Below, piece by piece: positions 46,348 to 56,497 of a stretch of 64,000 nt of DNA (the stretch's first letter is position 1; every line of letters begins with the position of its first letter). The notes under the pieces were generated by a model that worked only from the letters and a program-made list of their open reading frames with translations, was not told the origin of the DNA and made no database searches. Position numbers and translations under genes: made by a program. Origin of the DNA: Candidatus Limnocylindrus sp. (GTDB lineage Bacteria > Chloroflexota > Limnocylindria > Limnocylindrales > Limnocylindraceae); assembly GCA_040397215.1 (NCBI GenBank), contig JBBAWK010000004.1; one strand, given 5' to 3'.

Positions 46348-48678
46348 CTAGTTCAGCCGATCTCGCTCGAGCGGCAGTCTTCGCAGCCTTAGGGCATTCA
46401 ACACCACCGTCACGCTCGATCCGCCCATTGCGGCAGCGGCGAGTGCTGGGTCAAGGCCAATTCCGAATGTTGGAAGCAGGAGGCCGGCGGCGAGTGGCAC
46501 CAGGAAGATGTTGTAGCCAAAGGCCCAGGCAAGGTTCTGCTTGATGATGCGCGTGGTGGCGCGTGCGAGGTCCACAAGGAGCGGCACACCGCGCGGGTCG
46601 GCGCCGCTCAGCGTTGCAGCTGAGGCGTCAATGGCGATCTCGGTGCCGCCACCCATGGAGATGCCCACGTCAGCGGCGGCGAGCGCTGGGGCGTCGTTGA
46701 CGCCGTCCCCAATCATTGCCACGGGTCCACTGCCGCTGCGTCGAATCTCAGCGATCGCCTCGCCCTTACCGCCAGGGAGAATGCCGCCGCGGGCGCGCTC
46801 TGATGGAATGTTGAGATCGCGGGCGATGACGTTCACCACCTCTTGGCGATCGCCGCTGATGATCCACGACTCAATGCCGCGCGCGGTAAGGGCCCGAATC
46901 GCTGCGGCACTCTCTGGTCGAACGGTGTCGGCGAGGCTAAGTGCGCCGGCTGATTCTTCGTTGATTGAGATGAAGAGCGGTGTGCGACCAGCGGCCGCCT
47001 CTGCTGTTGCCCAGCTGGTCAGCTCAGGATTGGTAGTAGCGGTGAATGCCTCAGTGCCGATGCGTACAGCTGCGCCATCAACGCTGGCGCTTACGCCGTG
47101 ACCGGCATGCATGACAAAGTCGGTGGCCTTTGCTGCGACCGTGCCGGCGGCGCGCACGATCGCGCGGGCGAGTGGGTGCTCCGATGGACTCTCCACTGCG
47201 GCGGCAATCTGCAAGAGGCGATCGGTGTCGCCAGCGAGTGGACCGGTGGCGAGGGCGAGTCGGCCGACGAGGGCGTGCTGGCCGAGGGTGAGGGTGCCGG
47301 TCTTATCCCAGACCACGGCGCGCAGCTTCCCCGCCGCCTCGAGGATGGCGGCGTCGCGCACGAGGATTCCCGCCTCGGCGCCTCGACCAGTGCCGGCGAT
47401 CACGGCGGTTGGGGTGGCGAGGCCCATGGCGCAGGGGCAGGCGACCACGAGCACGGCGATGGCGGTGGCTACGGCGCGCACCAGGCGCGGCTCTGCTCCG
47501 AGCAGATACCAGCCGACAAAGGTCGCCACGGCGATCAACAGGATGGCCGGAACGAACACCTCGGAGATGCGATCAGCAAGACGAGCAATCGCAGGCTTCG
47601 ACCCCTGCGCCCGCTCGACCATGGCCACGATGCGTGCCAGCGTGGTGTTGGCGCCAACCTGTGTGGCGCGCATAACGATTGACGCATCGGTCAGCAGCGT
47701 GCCCGCGGCAAGTCGGCTCCCTGGGCCGCGCTCCACTGGGAGTGACTCACCGGTGATTGCCGATTCATCGACGGCGGCGCGGCCACTCACGATGATGCCG
47801 TCAACGGGAATGCGACCACCAGGCCGAATCCGCAGTAGGTCACCGGCAATGATCTTGTTCACGGCGATGGTGATTGCGGTTGGGGCGTCGGCGGTTGCAA
47901 GTAGTTCAGCCTCTTTTGGCTGCAGCGCCAGGATCCCGCGCACCGCGCTGGTTGTCTGCTCCTTGGCGCGTGCCTCCATCCAGCGACCGAGTGCGACAAA
48001 GCCGAGAATGAGTGCTGCCGCATCCCACGTTGCGTGCGCGGGAATGCCAACGCGCATCAGCTGCGAATGGAAGAGGGTAATCGCCACCGACCAACCCCAT
48101 GCCGCTGTGGTGCCAAGGCTGACGAGTGTCTCCATGGTGAGTGAGCCGTGGCGCAGTGCGCGCACTGCGCGCGAGTGGAAACGCCAGCCAACGGCGAACT
48201 GAATGATGGTGGAGGGCACGATCAGGATCCAGTTGATGCGCTCCATGCTGATGAAGAACCACGGCTGCAACATCAGCACCATTGCGCCGAAGCCAAAGGC
48301 GGTGGCAATGATTCCGTCACGAAGCAGTCCGCGCGTCTCTTTGGTGCGCGCGGCAACAAGCTCAGCATCGAGTGCCTCGCGCGCCTCCTGTGCATCGGCA
48401 TCCCCTTCGCGTCCGGCGAGAGCGAGTGCCGCGGCGGGCACTTCGTATCCCGCAGCGGTAATGACCGCAACAAGATCGGCAACGCCCGTTGCCTCTGGCG
48501 CGTATTGAATGGTGGCCATCGAGGTCGCAAGGTTCACGCTCGCCCCGCTCACGCCGTCGGCCTTCTTCAGGAATCGCTCCACGCGGTTCACGCACGAGGC
48601 GCAGGTCATGCCGGTGACGGGGAGGGCAATCTCCGCCACGGGGGTGGTTGGCGCCGCAGGAACAGGCTCAGTCAACAT
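46348..48678 (-). CDS. copA: Copper-translocating P1B-type ATPase
   Basis: GMTCASC HMA domain, TGES, CPC, DKTGT, SEHP, GDGVND, YN and MxxSS. Confidence 0.93.
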   Translation of the reverse strand: MLTEPVPAAPTTPVAEIALPVTGMTCASCVNRVERFLKKADGVSGASVNLATSMATIQYAPEATGVADLVAVITAAGYEVPAAALALAGREGDADAQEAREALDAELVAARTKETRGLLRDGIIATAFGFGAMVLMLQPWFFISMERINWILIVPSTIIQFAVGWRFHSRAVRALRHGSLTMETLVSLGTTAAWGWSVAITLFHSQLMRVGIPAHATWDAAALILGFVALGRWMEARAKEQTTSAVRGILALQPKEAELLATADAPTAITIAVNKIIAGDLLRIRPGGRIPVDGIIVSGRAAVDESAITGESLPVERGPGSRLAAGTLLTDASIVMRATQVGANTTLARIVAMVERAQGSKPAIARLADRISEVFVPAILLIAVATFVGWYLLGAEPRLVRAVATAIAVLVVACPCAMGLATPTAVIAGTGRGAEAGILVRDAAILEAAGKLRAVVWDKTGTLTLGQHALVGRLALATGPLAGDTDRLLQIAAAVESPSEHPLARAIVRAAGTVAAKATDFVMHAGHGVSASVDGAAVRIGTEAFTATTNPELTSWATAEAAAGRTPLFISINEESAGALSLADTVRPESAAAIRALTARGIESWIISGDRQEVVNVIARDLNIPSERARGGILPGGKGEAIAEIRRSGSGPVAMIGDGVNDAPALAAADVGISMGGGTEIAIDASAATLSGADPRGVPLLVDLARATTRIIKQNLAWAFGYNIFLVPLAAGLLLPTFGIGLDPALAAAAMGGSSVTVVLNALRLRRLPLERDRLN

Positions 48679-48736
48679 ACTCAGGGGGAGTATACGCCTC
48701 ATTTGATTGGTAAGTGCCTGCGGCTAGGCTGCGCGC

Positions 48737-49267
48737 ATGCAGATTTACGCGTGGTCTAGCCCCTGGGGAGCGCTCCCCGTTGCGGTGGAGAACGGCCGTA
48801 TCTACGCCATCGCCCTTGACCCACGAGCGCCATTTGCGCCTATCGCCGACGCGGGGGTGAGCCGCCGAGCAGCGGGGCCGATCACCAGTGCACGTGAGGT
48901 GAACCGCATCCTGAACGCCGCGCTACGTGGGCAGCTCAGTGCGCGTGAGCGGCTTGCCGCAACCGACCTTTCGTGGGCAACCGAGTTTGAGCAGCGCGTC
49001 TTGCGCGCACTCGCCGGAGTGCGCCTCGGCAGAACGGTGACCTACGGCGAACTAGCAGCAGCGAGTGGGTCGCCACGTGCCGCACGCGCAGTTGGTGGTG
49101 CGCTCGGCAAGAACCGTGTGCCAGTGCTGATCCCCTGCCATCGCGTGCTGGCCTCGGCCGGCATTGGCGGATTCGGTGGTGGCGCGGGGAGCAGCTGGCG
49201 CCCTGGGGCAACGGATCCGATTGCCTTCAAGCGCGCGCTGTTGCGCGGCGAAGGGGTCGACGCTTAG
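48737..49267 (+). CDS. ogt: Methylated-DNA-protein-cysteine methyltransferase
   Basis: TYGELA, AARAVG, IPCHRV. Confidence 0.88.
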   Translation: MQIYAWSSPWGALPVAVENGRIYAIALDPRAPFAPIADAGVSRRAAGPITSAREVNRILNAALRGQLSARERLAATDLSWATEFEQRVLRALAGVRLGRTVTYGELAAASGSPRAARAVGGALGKNRVPVLIPCHRVLASAGIGGFGGGAGSSWRPGATDPIAFKRALLRGEGVDA

Positions 49268-49575
49268 GCGTGCAGCGTGAGGCTGTGGAAGCCGAGCACC
49301 ACGCGGGCTCGCGGTGAGTCGGCAAAGATCAGCGCGATCTCACCTTCGCGCACCAGGCTCTCGATGATGCGTGCCTCGCGCTCTGGGAGGCCGATCCATG
49401 CCGGACCTTCGGGCGTCTCGATGCGCGTGGTGATCTCTTCATGACCCGGGAGTCCGTAGGTTCTTCGCAAGTCATGCAGCGGCACATACGGTCGTGCCTT
49501 GGCGATGCGGCGCACCTGCGCCGGCGTCGCCTGGCGAACCTGCTGCTGCGCGCTTGCGACTGGACCGTCGCTCAT
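49264..49575 (-). CDS. Hypothetical protein
   Basis: 103 aa; ATGA-coupled to the upstream peptidase. Confidence 0.65.
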   Translation of the reverse strand: MSDGPVASAQQQVRQATPAQVRRIAKARPYVPLHDLRRTYGLPGHEEITTRIETPEGPAWIGLPEREARIIESLVREGEIALIFADSPRARVVLGFHSLTLHA

Positions 49576-50819
49576 CCGGCCACCACGTAGAGATCACGCT
49601 TCGTGTGATTTAGTGCATCAACTGCGCTGTCGCCACAGAGGACGATGTCTTCGATGCGGGCGCCGTTGACGCCCTCGACGTAGATACCAGGCTCAATCGA
49701 GAAAGCGTGGCCTGGGACGAGCTTCGTGGTGTTCCCCGCGACGATGTACGGATCTTCGTGCTCCTCGAGGCCGATCCCGTGCCCGGTGCGGTGGAAGAAG
49801 CGAGCCCCCTCCCCTGCCGCGTCAATCACGGCGCGAGCGGCGGCGTCGACCGATTCGCAGCTCACCCCTGGGCGAACATGATCCATCGCCGCCTGGTGGG
49901 AACGCTTCAAGATCTCGTAACGGCGCAAGAAATCGTCGGTTGGCGGCACCGCACCGTTCGGGCCGGTGACCCAAATAGTTCGGGTGGTATCACTGCCATA
50001 GCCGCCGAAGACGCCACCAATGTCGAGCACGATCGCGTCGCCGGCGTTGATTACGCGTGACGAGGCCTCGTGATGTGGGGAGGCAGAGTTCGGACCCGAG
50101 CCAACGATGGCGAACGATGAGACCTCGTGCCCTGCACCGGTGAGTCGCTCGCGCACTTCGCGCGCCACATCGTTCTCGGTGCGACCAAGCAGCTTGCCGC
50201 TCGTGATCGCCATCACGACGGTGTCCACAGCGCGACCTGCGCCGCGGAGCAGAGACGCCTCTTCAGCCGACTTCACCATGCGCAACTTGCCAATCACATG
50301 CGACGCCAGCTGTGTCTGGGTGATGGCGCCGTGGGCACGCAGTGCCGCCTCAATGCGGATCAAGAAGGTTGACCAGAGTCGGTCTGAGACGGCCACGCCG
50401 CGCGCAGCAGAGCCAGGTCGGCCGCCAGCCTTCACCGCTGTTGCGACAAGTGCAAACGGATCGTCGGTCTCGCCGAAGGGGACGCGGGCCACGTGGCCAC
50501 CGCGCATCGCAGGGGCGTCACCAGCCATGCCTGTTTCGAGTCGCGGCACGATCAGGGTCGGAGCGCCGTTCGCTGGAATCACCAGCATGGTGAGTCGCTC
50601 GAGGGCCGGTGCGGCGTAGCCGGTGAGATAGCGCATGTCGGCGCCGAAGCCGAGCAGCACCGCATCGAGGCCGGCGTCGTTCACCGCGTCACACGCGGCG
50701 GAGAGTCGCGCAGCGTAAGCGGCGGGGCCGATGAGCTTCGCCTCGAGGGCGTGACCGGCGCCAAGCCCTGGGGTGGCGGCGGCGTAGGCGGCGTCAATCT
50801 CGGCGCTTCGGTTGCTCAT
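49572..50819 (-). CDS. Xaa-Pro aminopeptidase/dipeptidase (M24)
   Basis: YLTG, ASPHH, DIGG...YGSDTTRT, HRTGHGIGLEEHE, SIEPGIY, RIED. Confidence 0.9.
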   Translation of the reverse strand: MSNRSAEIDAAYAAATPGLGAGHALEAKLIGPAAYAARLSAACDAVNDAGLDAVLLGFGADMRYLTGYAAPALERLTMLVIPANGAPTLIVPRLETGMAGDAPAMRGGHVARVPFGETDDPFALVATAVKAGGRPGSAARGVAVSDRLWSTFLIRIEAALRAHGAITQTQLASHVIGKLRMVKSAEEASLLRGAGRAVDTVVMAITSGKLLGRTENDVAREVRERLTGAGHEVSSFAIVGSGPNSASPHHEASSRVINAGDAIVLDIGGVFGGYGSDTTRTIWVTGPNGAVPPTDDFLRRYEILKRSHQAAMDHVRPGVSCESVDAAARAVIDAAGEGARFFHRTGHGIGLEEHEDPYIVAGNTTKLVPGHAFSIEPGIYVEGVNGARIEDIVLCGDSAVDALNHTKRDLYVVAG

Positions 50820-51232
50820 GCACCCTCCTCAGTTGCTCTCGCTGGACTCGTTGCCGGTGGCACCGGCAGATCGAGTAGCCCTGCGAGGATCGCATGCCCG
50901 CGCTCAAAGAGGGCGCGGTACGGCATGGCGCGCACCGCCCCTGCGGCGATCAGGCTCGCCCGACCCTCAGGATCGTCGTGCTGCACGAGGGCGAGGACCC
51001 GTGCCCCAGTTGTAGACACCTCCCGAACCGCCGCCTCGGCGTCGTAGGCGCGGGCGGTAGCGTCGATTGTCACTAGGTCGGTGGGGGTGGCGGGGTGAGC
51101 GGCGAGGGCGGCAAGGAGGGGTGCTGGCGTTGTAAATCGCTGGACATCAGCGCCGAGGGTGCGCCCCTGCCCTTCGAGTCGAGTCGACCAGATCAGATCG
51201 TCGGCCAGCACCAAGAGGCGCGGCGCGGTCAC
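50816..51232 (-). CDS. Stand-alone atypical receiver-domain-like protein
   Basis: LLVLADD and DLVTID pattern; coupled to korB and to the peptidase. Confidence 0.6.
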   Translation of the reverse strand: MTAPRLLVLADDLIWSTRLEGQGRTLGADVQRFTTPAPLLAALAAHPATPTDLVTIDATARAYDAEAAVREVSTTGARVLALVQHDDPEGRASLIAAGAVRAMPYRALFERGHAILAGLLDLPVPPATSPARATEEGA

Positions 51233-52260
51233 TCGACCGTCCAGGTCTCCCCTGAGGCGAGGAGCTTCTGCAGATCAACGGGGCCCTTCGCGGCACGCGC
51301 CGCCTTCGCTCCATCGATCTGCTCAACGAGGAGCTGGTCATGCGTTGGGCGTGGCACGCGACGGAAGACGCCGACCGGTACGGGGAAGTCGGGCCACCAC
51401 ATGCGGCTCAAGATCTGCGTGCGTGTGGCATCAGGGTCGGTCTCGTCATGAACCCAGAGGTCGGCAACGCTCACGCCGTTCTCGCCAATGGTCACGACCT
51501 CTGGTCGTAGACCGTTGAGGCGAATCCCCTTGTTCTTCTCCGCGCCGAAGATCATCGGCTCACCGTGCTTCAGCACCAGCATGCGATCCTCTTTTACCAA
51601 CTTGTCGGTGAAGTCGCGCCATGCGCCATCGTTGAAGATGTTGCAGTTCTGCAGCACCTCGAGGAAGGCGGCACCCGAGTGCTCGCCAGCACGATGCATC
51701 ATCTCTTGCAGGTGCTCGGAGTGCGTGTCGACCGACCGCGCGATGAAGCTTGCCTCGGCGGCGGCGACGAGGTTGAGCGGAATGATCGGCGTCTCGATGG
51801 TGCCGAGCGGCGTCGACTTCGTCTTCTTCCCCATCGGCGAGGTTGGCGAGGCCTGACCCTTAGTGAGACCGTAGATGCGGTTGTTGAACATGATCATCTT
51901 CATGTCGACGTTGCGGCGCATGGCGTGGATCAGGTGGTTGCCGCCGATGGAGAGAGCGTCACCATCACCGGTGATCACCCAGACCATCAGGTCAGGTCGC
52001 GCCGCCTTGAGGCCGGTGGCGATGGTTGCTGCACGGCCGTGGATCGTATGGAAGCCGTAGGTGTTCATGTAGTACGGGAGGCGACCCGAGCAGCCGATCC
52101 CAGAGATGAAGACGATCTTCTCCTTGGCGACGCCGAAGTCGGGCATCGTCTTCTGGGTCTGCGCCAAGATCGAATAGTCGCCGCACCCTGGGCACCAGCG
52201 AACATCCTGATCGGACTCGAAATCCTTCTTTGTCAGCACAGGGAGCACAGACTGGGTCAC
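51229..52260 (-). CDS. korB: 2-oxoacid:ferredoxin oxidoreductase beta subunit
   Basis: WCPGCGD, SGIGCS, IHGR, GDGDALSIGGNH, NNRIYGLTKGQASPT. Confidence 0.95.
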   Translation of the reverse strand: MTQSVLPVLTKKDFESDQDVRWCPGCGDYSILAQTQKTMPDFGVAKEKIVFISGIGCSGRLPYYMNTYGFHTIHGRAATIATGLKAARPDLMVWVITGDGDALSIGGNHLIHAMRRNVDMKMIMFNNRIYGLTKGQASPTSPMGKKTKSTPLGTIETPIIPLNLVAAAEASFIARSVDTHSEHLQEMMHRAGEHSGAAFLEVLQNCNIFNDGAWRDFTDKLVKEDRMLVLKHGEPMIFGAEKNKGIRLNGLRPEVVTIGENGVSVADLWVHDETDPDATRTQILSRMWWPDFPVPVGVFRRVPRPTHDQLLVEQIDGAKAARAAKGPVDLQKLLASGETWTVE

Positions 52261-54137
52261 TTTGCGGCCTCCACACTCTCGCCGAGGATCGACTCGGCCT
52301 TCGCCTCAATCTCACCGATCTGGAACGGTTTGCCGCGCACCAGGTTGAAGCCCACGGCGTCGACCAGGTACTTGGCGCGAATGAGCATGCGTAGCTGGCC
52401 GGCATTGAGCTCGGGCATCAGCACGTGCTTGAAGTTCTTCAGCATCGCATCGAGATCGTTCGGGAGTGGGTTCAGGTATCGCAGGTGGGCGTGGCTAACG
52501 CGCTTGCCGCGCGACTGCAGGCGCTCGACCGCCGAACGAATCGCCCCATAGGTTGAGCCCCAGCCCAAGATCAGCAAATCGCCCGTGGCCTCGCCGTAGA
52601 TTTCGGTCGGCGGAGCGTCGCGGGCGACGCGCGCCACCTTCTCGGCGCGCAGCAGGTTCATGCGGTGATGGTTGTCGGGGTCGTAGCTGACGGTGCCCAA
52701 CTCGTCGAGCTTCTCGAGCCCACCAATTCGGTGCTCAAGGCCTGGGGTTCCTGGCACCGCCCACGGGCGCGCCAGCGTTTCAGGATCGCGCTGATACGGG
52801 CGGAAGCCTGGCTTATCTGAGGCAGGTGCGTTCTCAACCTTGATCGGTGGCAGGTCGGCGACATTTGGAATGCTCCACGGCTCGGCGCCCGTGGCCAGGA
52901 AGGCATCACTCAAGAAGACGACCGGCGTCATGTGGTGCAGCGCGATGCGCCACGCCTCAATCGCCATCGTGAAGCACTCGGCAGGAGTTGCTGGTGCTAC
53001 CACTGGGATCGGCGAATCAGAATTGCGGCCGAACATGCTCATCAGCAGGTCGCCCTGCTCGGTCTTCGTTGGCATTCCTGTCGACGGACCAGCGCGCTGC
53101 ACATCAACGACGACGAGTGGCAGTTCAACCATCACGGCGAGGCCGAGCATCTCAGCCTTCAACGCCATGCCTGGCCCCGAGGTGGTGGTCATGCCCATCG
53201 CACCGCCGTACGCCGCACCAACCGCGGCACCGATCGCTGCAATCTCATCTTCGGACTGCACCGTCTTAATGCCGAGGTGCTTGTACGACGAGAGTTGATG
53301 CAGGATGTCGGAGGCGGGCGTGATCGGGTAGCTGGCTAAGAAAAGGTCGCGCTCGGCGAGCTTTGATGCCATGACGAAGCCGAGGGCGGTCGCCTCATTG
53401 CCGGTGATGTTGCGGTACGTTCCTGGTGGTAGGTGCGCTGCGGCGACGCGGTAGTGCGTGTGGAAGATCTCGGTCGTTTCGCCGAAGGCGTAGCCCGCAT
53501 GCAGTGCGCGACGGTTCGCCTCGGCGATCGCATCCTTGCCGGCGAACTTCTCGGCGATCCACTTCTCGGTGCCCGCCATCGAACGCTCGTAGAGCCAGAA
53601 CATCACGCCGAGGGCGAAGAAGTTCTTGGTGAGCTCAACCTGCTTGCTGCTGAGGCCGAGACCCTCGCAGACACCAGCAACCATCGTTGACATTGGAATC
53701 TCGTAGAGGTTGAACCCTTGCAGGCTCTGGTTCTTCAGCGGATCTTCGGTGAAGCCCGCCTTGCGCAGGTTGATCTCATTGAAGGCGTCCGTGTTCACGA
53801 TGATTGCGCCGCCTGGAACCAGGTCGCCAAGGTTCACCTTGAGCGCGGCTGGGTTCATGGCGACGAGCACGTCGGGGCGGTCACCCGGGGTGTGAATGTC
53901 ACCGCTGGAGAAGCTGATCTGGAATCCTGAGACACCTGGCAGCGAGCCGGCTGGTGCACGGATCTCGGCGGGGTAATCGGGGAGGGTCGAGACGTCGTTG
54001 CCGAAGAGCGCGGTGGTGGCGGTGAACTGCGAGCCGGTCAACTGCATCCCGTCGCCGGAGTCGCCGGCGAAGCGAATCGTGACGCGGTCGAGCTCGGTAA
54101 CCGTGCCGTGCTGCGCTCCCGAATCGGGGGTGGTCAC
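52257..54137 (-). CDS. korA: 2-oxoacid:ferredoxin oxidoreductase alpha subunit (gamma-alpha fusion)
   Basis: FAGDSGDGMQL, PAEIR, YPITPAS, EDEIAA, TSGPG, QRAGPSTG. Confidence 0.95.
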   Translation of the reverse strand: MTTPDSGAQHGTVTELDRVTIRFAGDSGDGMQLTGSQFTATTALFGNDVSTLPDYPAEIRAPAGSLPGVSGFQISFSSGDIHTPGDRPDVLVAMNPAALKVNLGDLVPGGAIIVNTDAFNEINLRKAGFTEDPLKNQSLQGFNLYEIPMSTMVAGVCEGLGLSSKQVELTKNFFALGVMFWLYERSMAGTEKWIAEKFAGKDAIAEANRRALHAGYAFGETTEIFHTHYRVAAAHLPPGTYRNITGNEATALGFVMASKLAERDLFLASYPITPASDILHQLSSYKHLGIKTVQSEDEIAAIGAAVGAAYGGAMGMTTTSGPGMALKAEMLGLAVMVELPLVVVDVQRAGPSTGMPTKTEQGDLLMSMFGRNSDSPIPVVAPATPAECFTMAIEAWRIALHHMTPVVFLSDAFLATGAEPWSIPNVADLPPIKVENAPASDKPGFRPYQRDPETLARPWAVPGTPGLEHRIGGLEKLDELGTVSYDPDNHHRMNLLRAEKVARVARDAPPTEIYGEATGDLLILGWGSTYGAIRSAVERLQSRGKRVSHAHLRYLNPLPNDLDAMLKNFKHVLMPELNAGQLRMLIRAKYLVDAVGFNLVRGKPFQIGEIEAKAESILGESVEAAK

Positions 54138-54167
54138 GTCGCTCGTACTCCTCTGCCCGTGGGTCGG

Positions 54168-54824
54168 TTAGCGCCCAGACCGGGCGCGTCCACGCGAGAC
54201 TACCGCATCTGGGTAAGCGACCCGTAGGGCGGCCAAGAGGCGCTCCTCGTCACGGCGGGAGAGGAAGTGCCAGAGCAGATAGAGGGTGACGCCGATGGTC
54301 CAGAGCGCCCCGGCGAGAAGCACGCCGACGGGCATCCCCCCAGCTGTCACCTGGATGAGGCCCTCGTCGAGTCCCGCCCCCCAGAGAAGCGCCGCCGCGA
54401 TGGAGTAGCCGATCGTCATGACGCTGCCATAGCCGCTCAGCCGACCAAACGAGAGAAACGAGAGCTTCGGTGCGTCGGGTTCATAGAAGTAGGCCGCCTC
54501 TAGCCGATGGACCGCCAGTACTTCACGACCGAGCCGCGCGTTGATGGTGCGCTCTAAAAATTCTGCGTGCCGTCGCGCAAACACCGTGTAGTAGAAGGTG
54601 TAGCCCGCCTCGAGAAAGGTGAAGGGAACGACAAAGAGCAGGAGCACTGCGACAGGTGCTCCATCGCTGAGCGCTGAGATCGCAAGGAGCACCAGGCTCA
54701 CGACACCCCAGATGGTGATCTGCCGAAAGAAGAGCTCCGAATACGCGCCCAGCATGCCGCGCATGCGGTCGAGCTGCGCCTCAAGGATGCGGAGCTCTTC
54801 TGCCCCACCACGTCGTCCTGCCAT
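54168..54824 (-). CDS. Hypothetical membrane protein
   Basis: About four TM helices; SD AAGGAGG. Confidence 0.7.
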   Translation of the reverse strand: MAGRRGGAEELRILEAQLDRMRGMLGAYSELFFRQITIWGVVSLVLLAISALSDGAPVAVLLLFVVPFTFLEAGYTFYYTVFARRHAEFLERTINARLGREVLAVHRLEAAYFYEPDAPKLSFLSFGRLSGYGSVMTIGYSIAAALLWGAGLDEGLIQVTAGGMPVGVLLAGALWTIGVTLYLLWHFLSRRDEERLLAALRVAYPDAVVSRGRARSGR

Positions 54825-54865
54825 CGTCTCCTCCTTGACTAATTGCCTTCGGGTATGATCGCATG

Positions 54866-55255
54866 ATGAGGCGATCCACCGTGCTGCTCCTGACCCTCGT
54901 TGCCGTCACCAGCCTGGCGGCGTGCAGCAGCGCGACCGAGCCAACAGGAACCCCCGCCTACACCATCACCCGCAGCTGGTCGAACGGCATGGAAGAGCAG
55001 GGGCTTATCTATGCCGATGGACGCATCGTCATGACGCACGGCGAGCACACCGAGCGTGTCACGCTCCCAGCCGAACAGTTGGCGGAACTTGCCGCCGCGG
55101 CTGTGCTCGAGATTCCTACAGGCGCCAACAGCGACGACCCGATCATTGGAGTCGCGATTGGAGATGGGGAACCGATTCGCCCCGCGGGCCTCACAAAGGG
55201 CGCGCTACCGGAACTCCTGAACCGACTCCTCGACTCGCACACGCTGCACCCGTAA
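54866..55255 (+). CDS. Hypothetical lipoprotein
   Basis: Lipobox LAAC; ATG 6 nt after TATGAT. Confidence 0.68.
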   Translation: MRRSTVLLLTLVAVTSLAACSSATEPTGTPAYTITRSWSNGMEEQGLIYADGRIVMTHGEHTERVTLPAEQLAELAAAAVLEIPTGANSDDPIIGVAIGDGEPIRPAGLTKGALPELLNRLLDSHTLHP

Positions 55256-55261
55256 GGGCTG

Positions 55262-56122
55262 CTAACGCGCCGTCGCCTCGATCAGCACGAGGTGTCGACC
55301 GAGCACTTCGGCGCTGCGATCAGTAAATCGAGCGCCGAGAATCTCCCCCGCCGCCTGCTCCAACGTTGCCGGGTCAAAGTTCGGCGGGGCCAAATCGATC
55401 ACGGCAATTCGTCCACCTGGCGCTAACCACGCATACGCCACATCGATCATGCGCGCTCGCGGTTCGGCGGCCAGTTGGCTCAACACGAACGGCACCACGA
55501 CGAGCCCGGCGGGAGCCCCCTCAGGGCCCGCGTCGATCGCACGGGGATGCAAATGCGCAGTGAGGCCGTGCGCGATCAGTCGCCGGCGCGCGCGCTCTAG
55601 GCGATCCTCCCGCGCGTCATAGGCGCTCGTGTCGCCGCGCGAGGCGAGTAGCACCGTCCAGAATCCGATCCCGGCACCAAGCTCCACAATTCGTCCTTCA
55701 TACGGGAGTGCATCAAGCCAGAGCACTGCGCGATCGAGTTCCCCCTGCCAGGTTGCACCGCCGAGCGGTCCGCGATCGTACGGCGCACGATTCAGGTACC
55801 ACGCCTCCAGTTCGTCTGGGTGCTGTGGTGGTGGCAAGAGTCCGAGTCGCGCGGGCACGCCGCTCTCACCAGCATCGGGTGCGCCGCTCACTGCAGGCGC
55901 TGCTGGTGTCGGTGTCGACGCGAGTGGAATGCCGACGGGTGGCTGTGAACCTTCGGCGCGTCGGCGCAAGCCCTCTTTTAGTTTTGCTTTGAGGTATGGC
56001 TGGCCGGGTGCGCGCTCAAGGCAGGCGGCACAGAGGAGTGTCCACGCCGAGAGATCCTCAAGCGTTGTTGCGGATACGGGGAGGCCGCACCACGAACAGG
56101 AGAATGGTGCGACGGCGCTCAA
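55262..56122 (-). CDS. Class I SAM-methyltransferase-like protein with an N-terminal CxxC...CxxC module
   Basis: CSWC...CAAC, Pro/Ala linker, IVELGAGIG, LAPGGRI. Confidence 0.7.
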   Translation of the reverse strand: MSAVAPFSCSWCGLPVSATTLEDLSAWTLLCAACLERAPGQPYLKAKLKEGLRRRAEGSQPPVGIPLASTPTPAAPAVSGAPDAGESGVPARLGLLPPPQHPDELEAWYLNRAPYDRGPLGGATWQGELDRAVLWLDALPYEGRIVELGAGIGFWTVLLASRGDTSAYDAREDRLERARRRLIAHGLTAHLHPRAIDAGPEGAPAGLVVVPFVLSQLAAEPRARMIDVAYAWLAPGGRIAVIDLAPPNFDPATLEQAAGEILGARFTDRSAEVLGRHLVLIEATAR

Positions 56123-56132
56123 GGCGCCCGCC

Positions 56133-56420
<288 letters not shown>

Positions 56421-56497
56421 GGTCGCGAGCTCCTCTCTCTCTTATCTCCTGCTGGAGACCTGTGCGCGAGAAGGTACCACTTCCCGCCCGACTTGCC

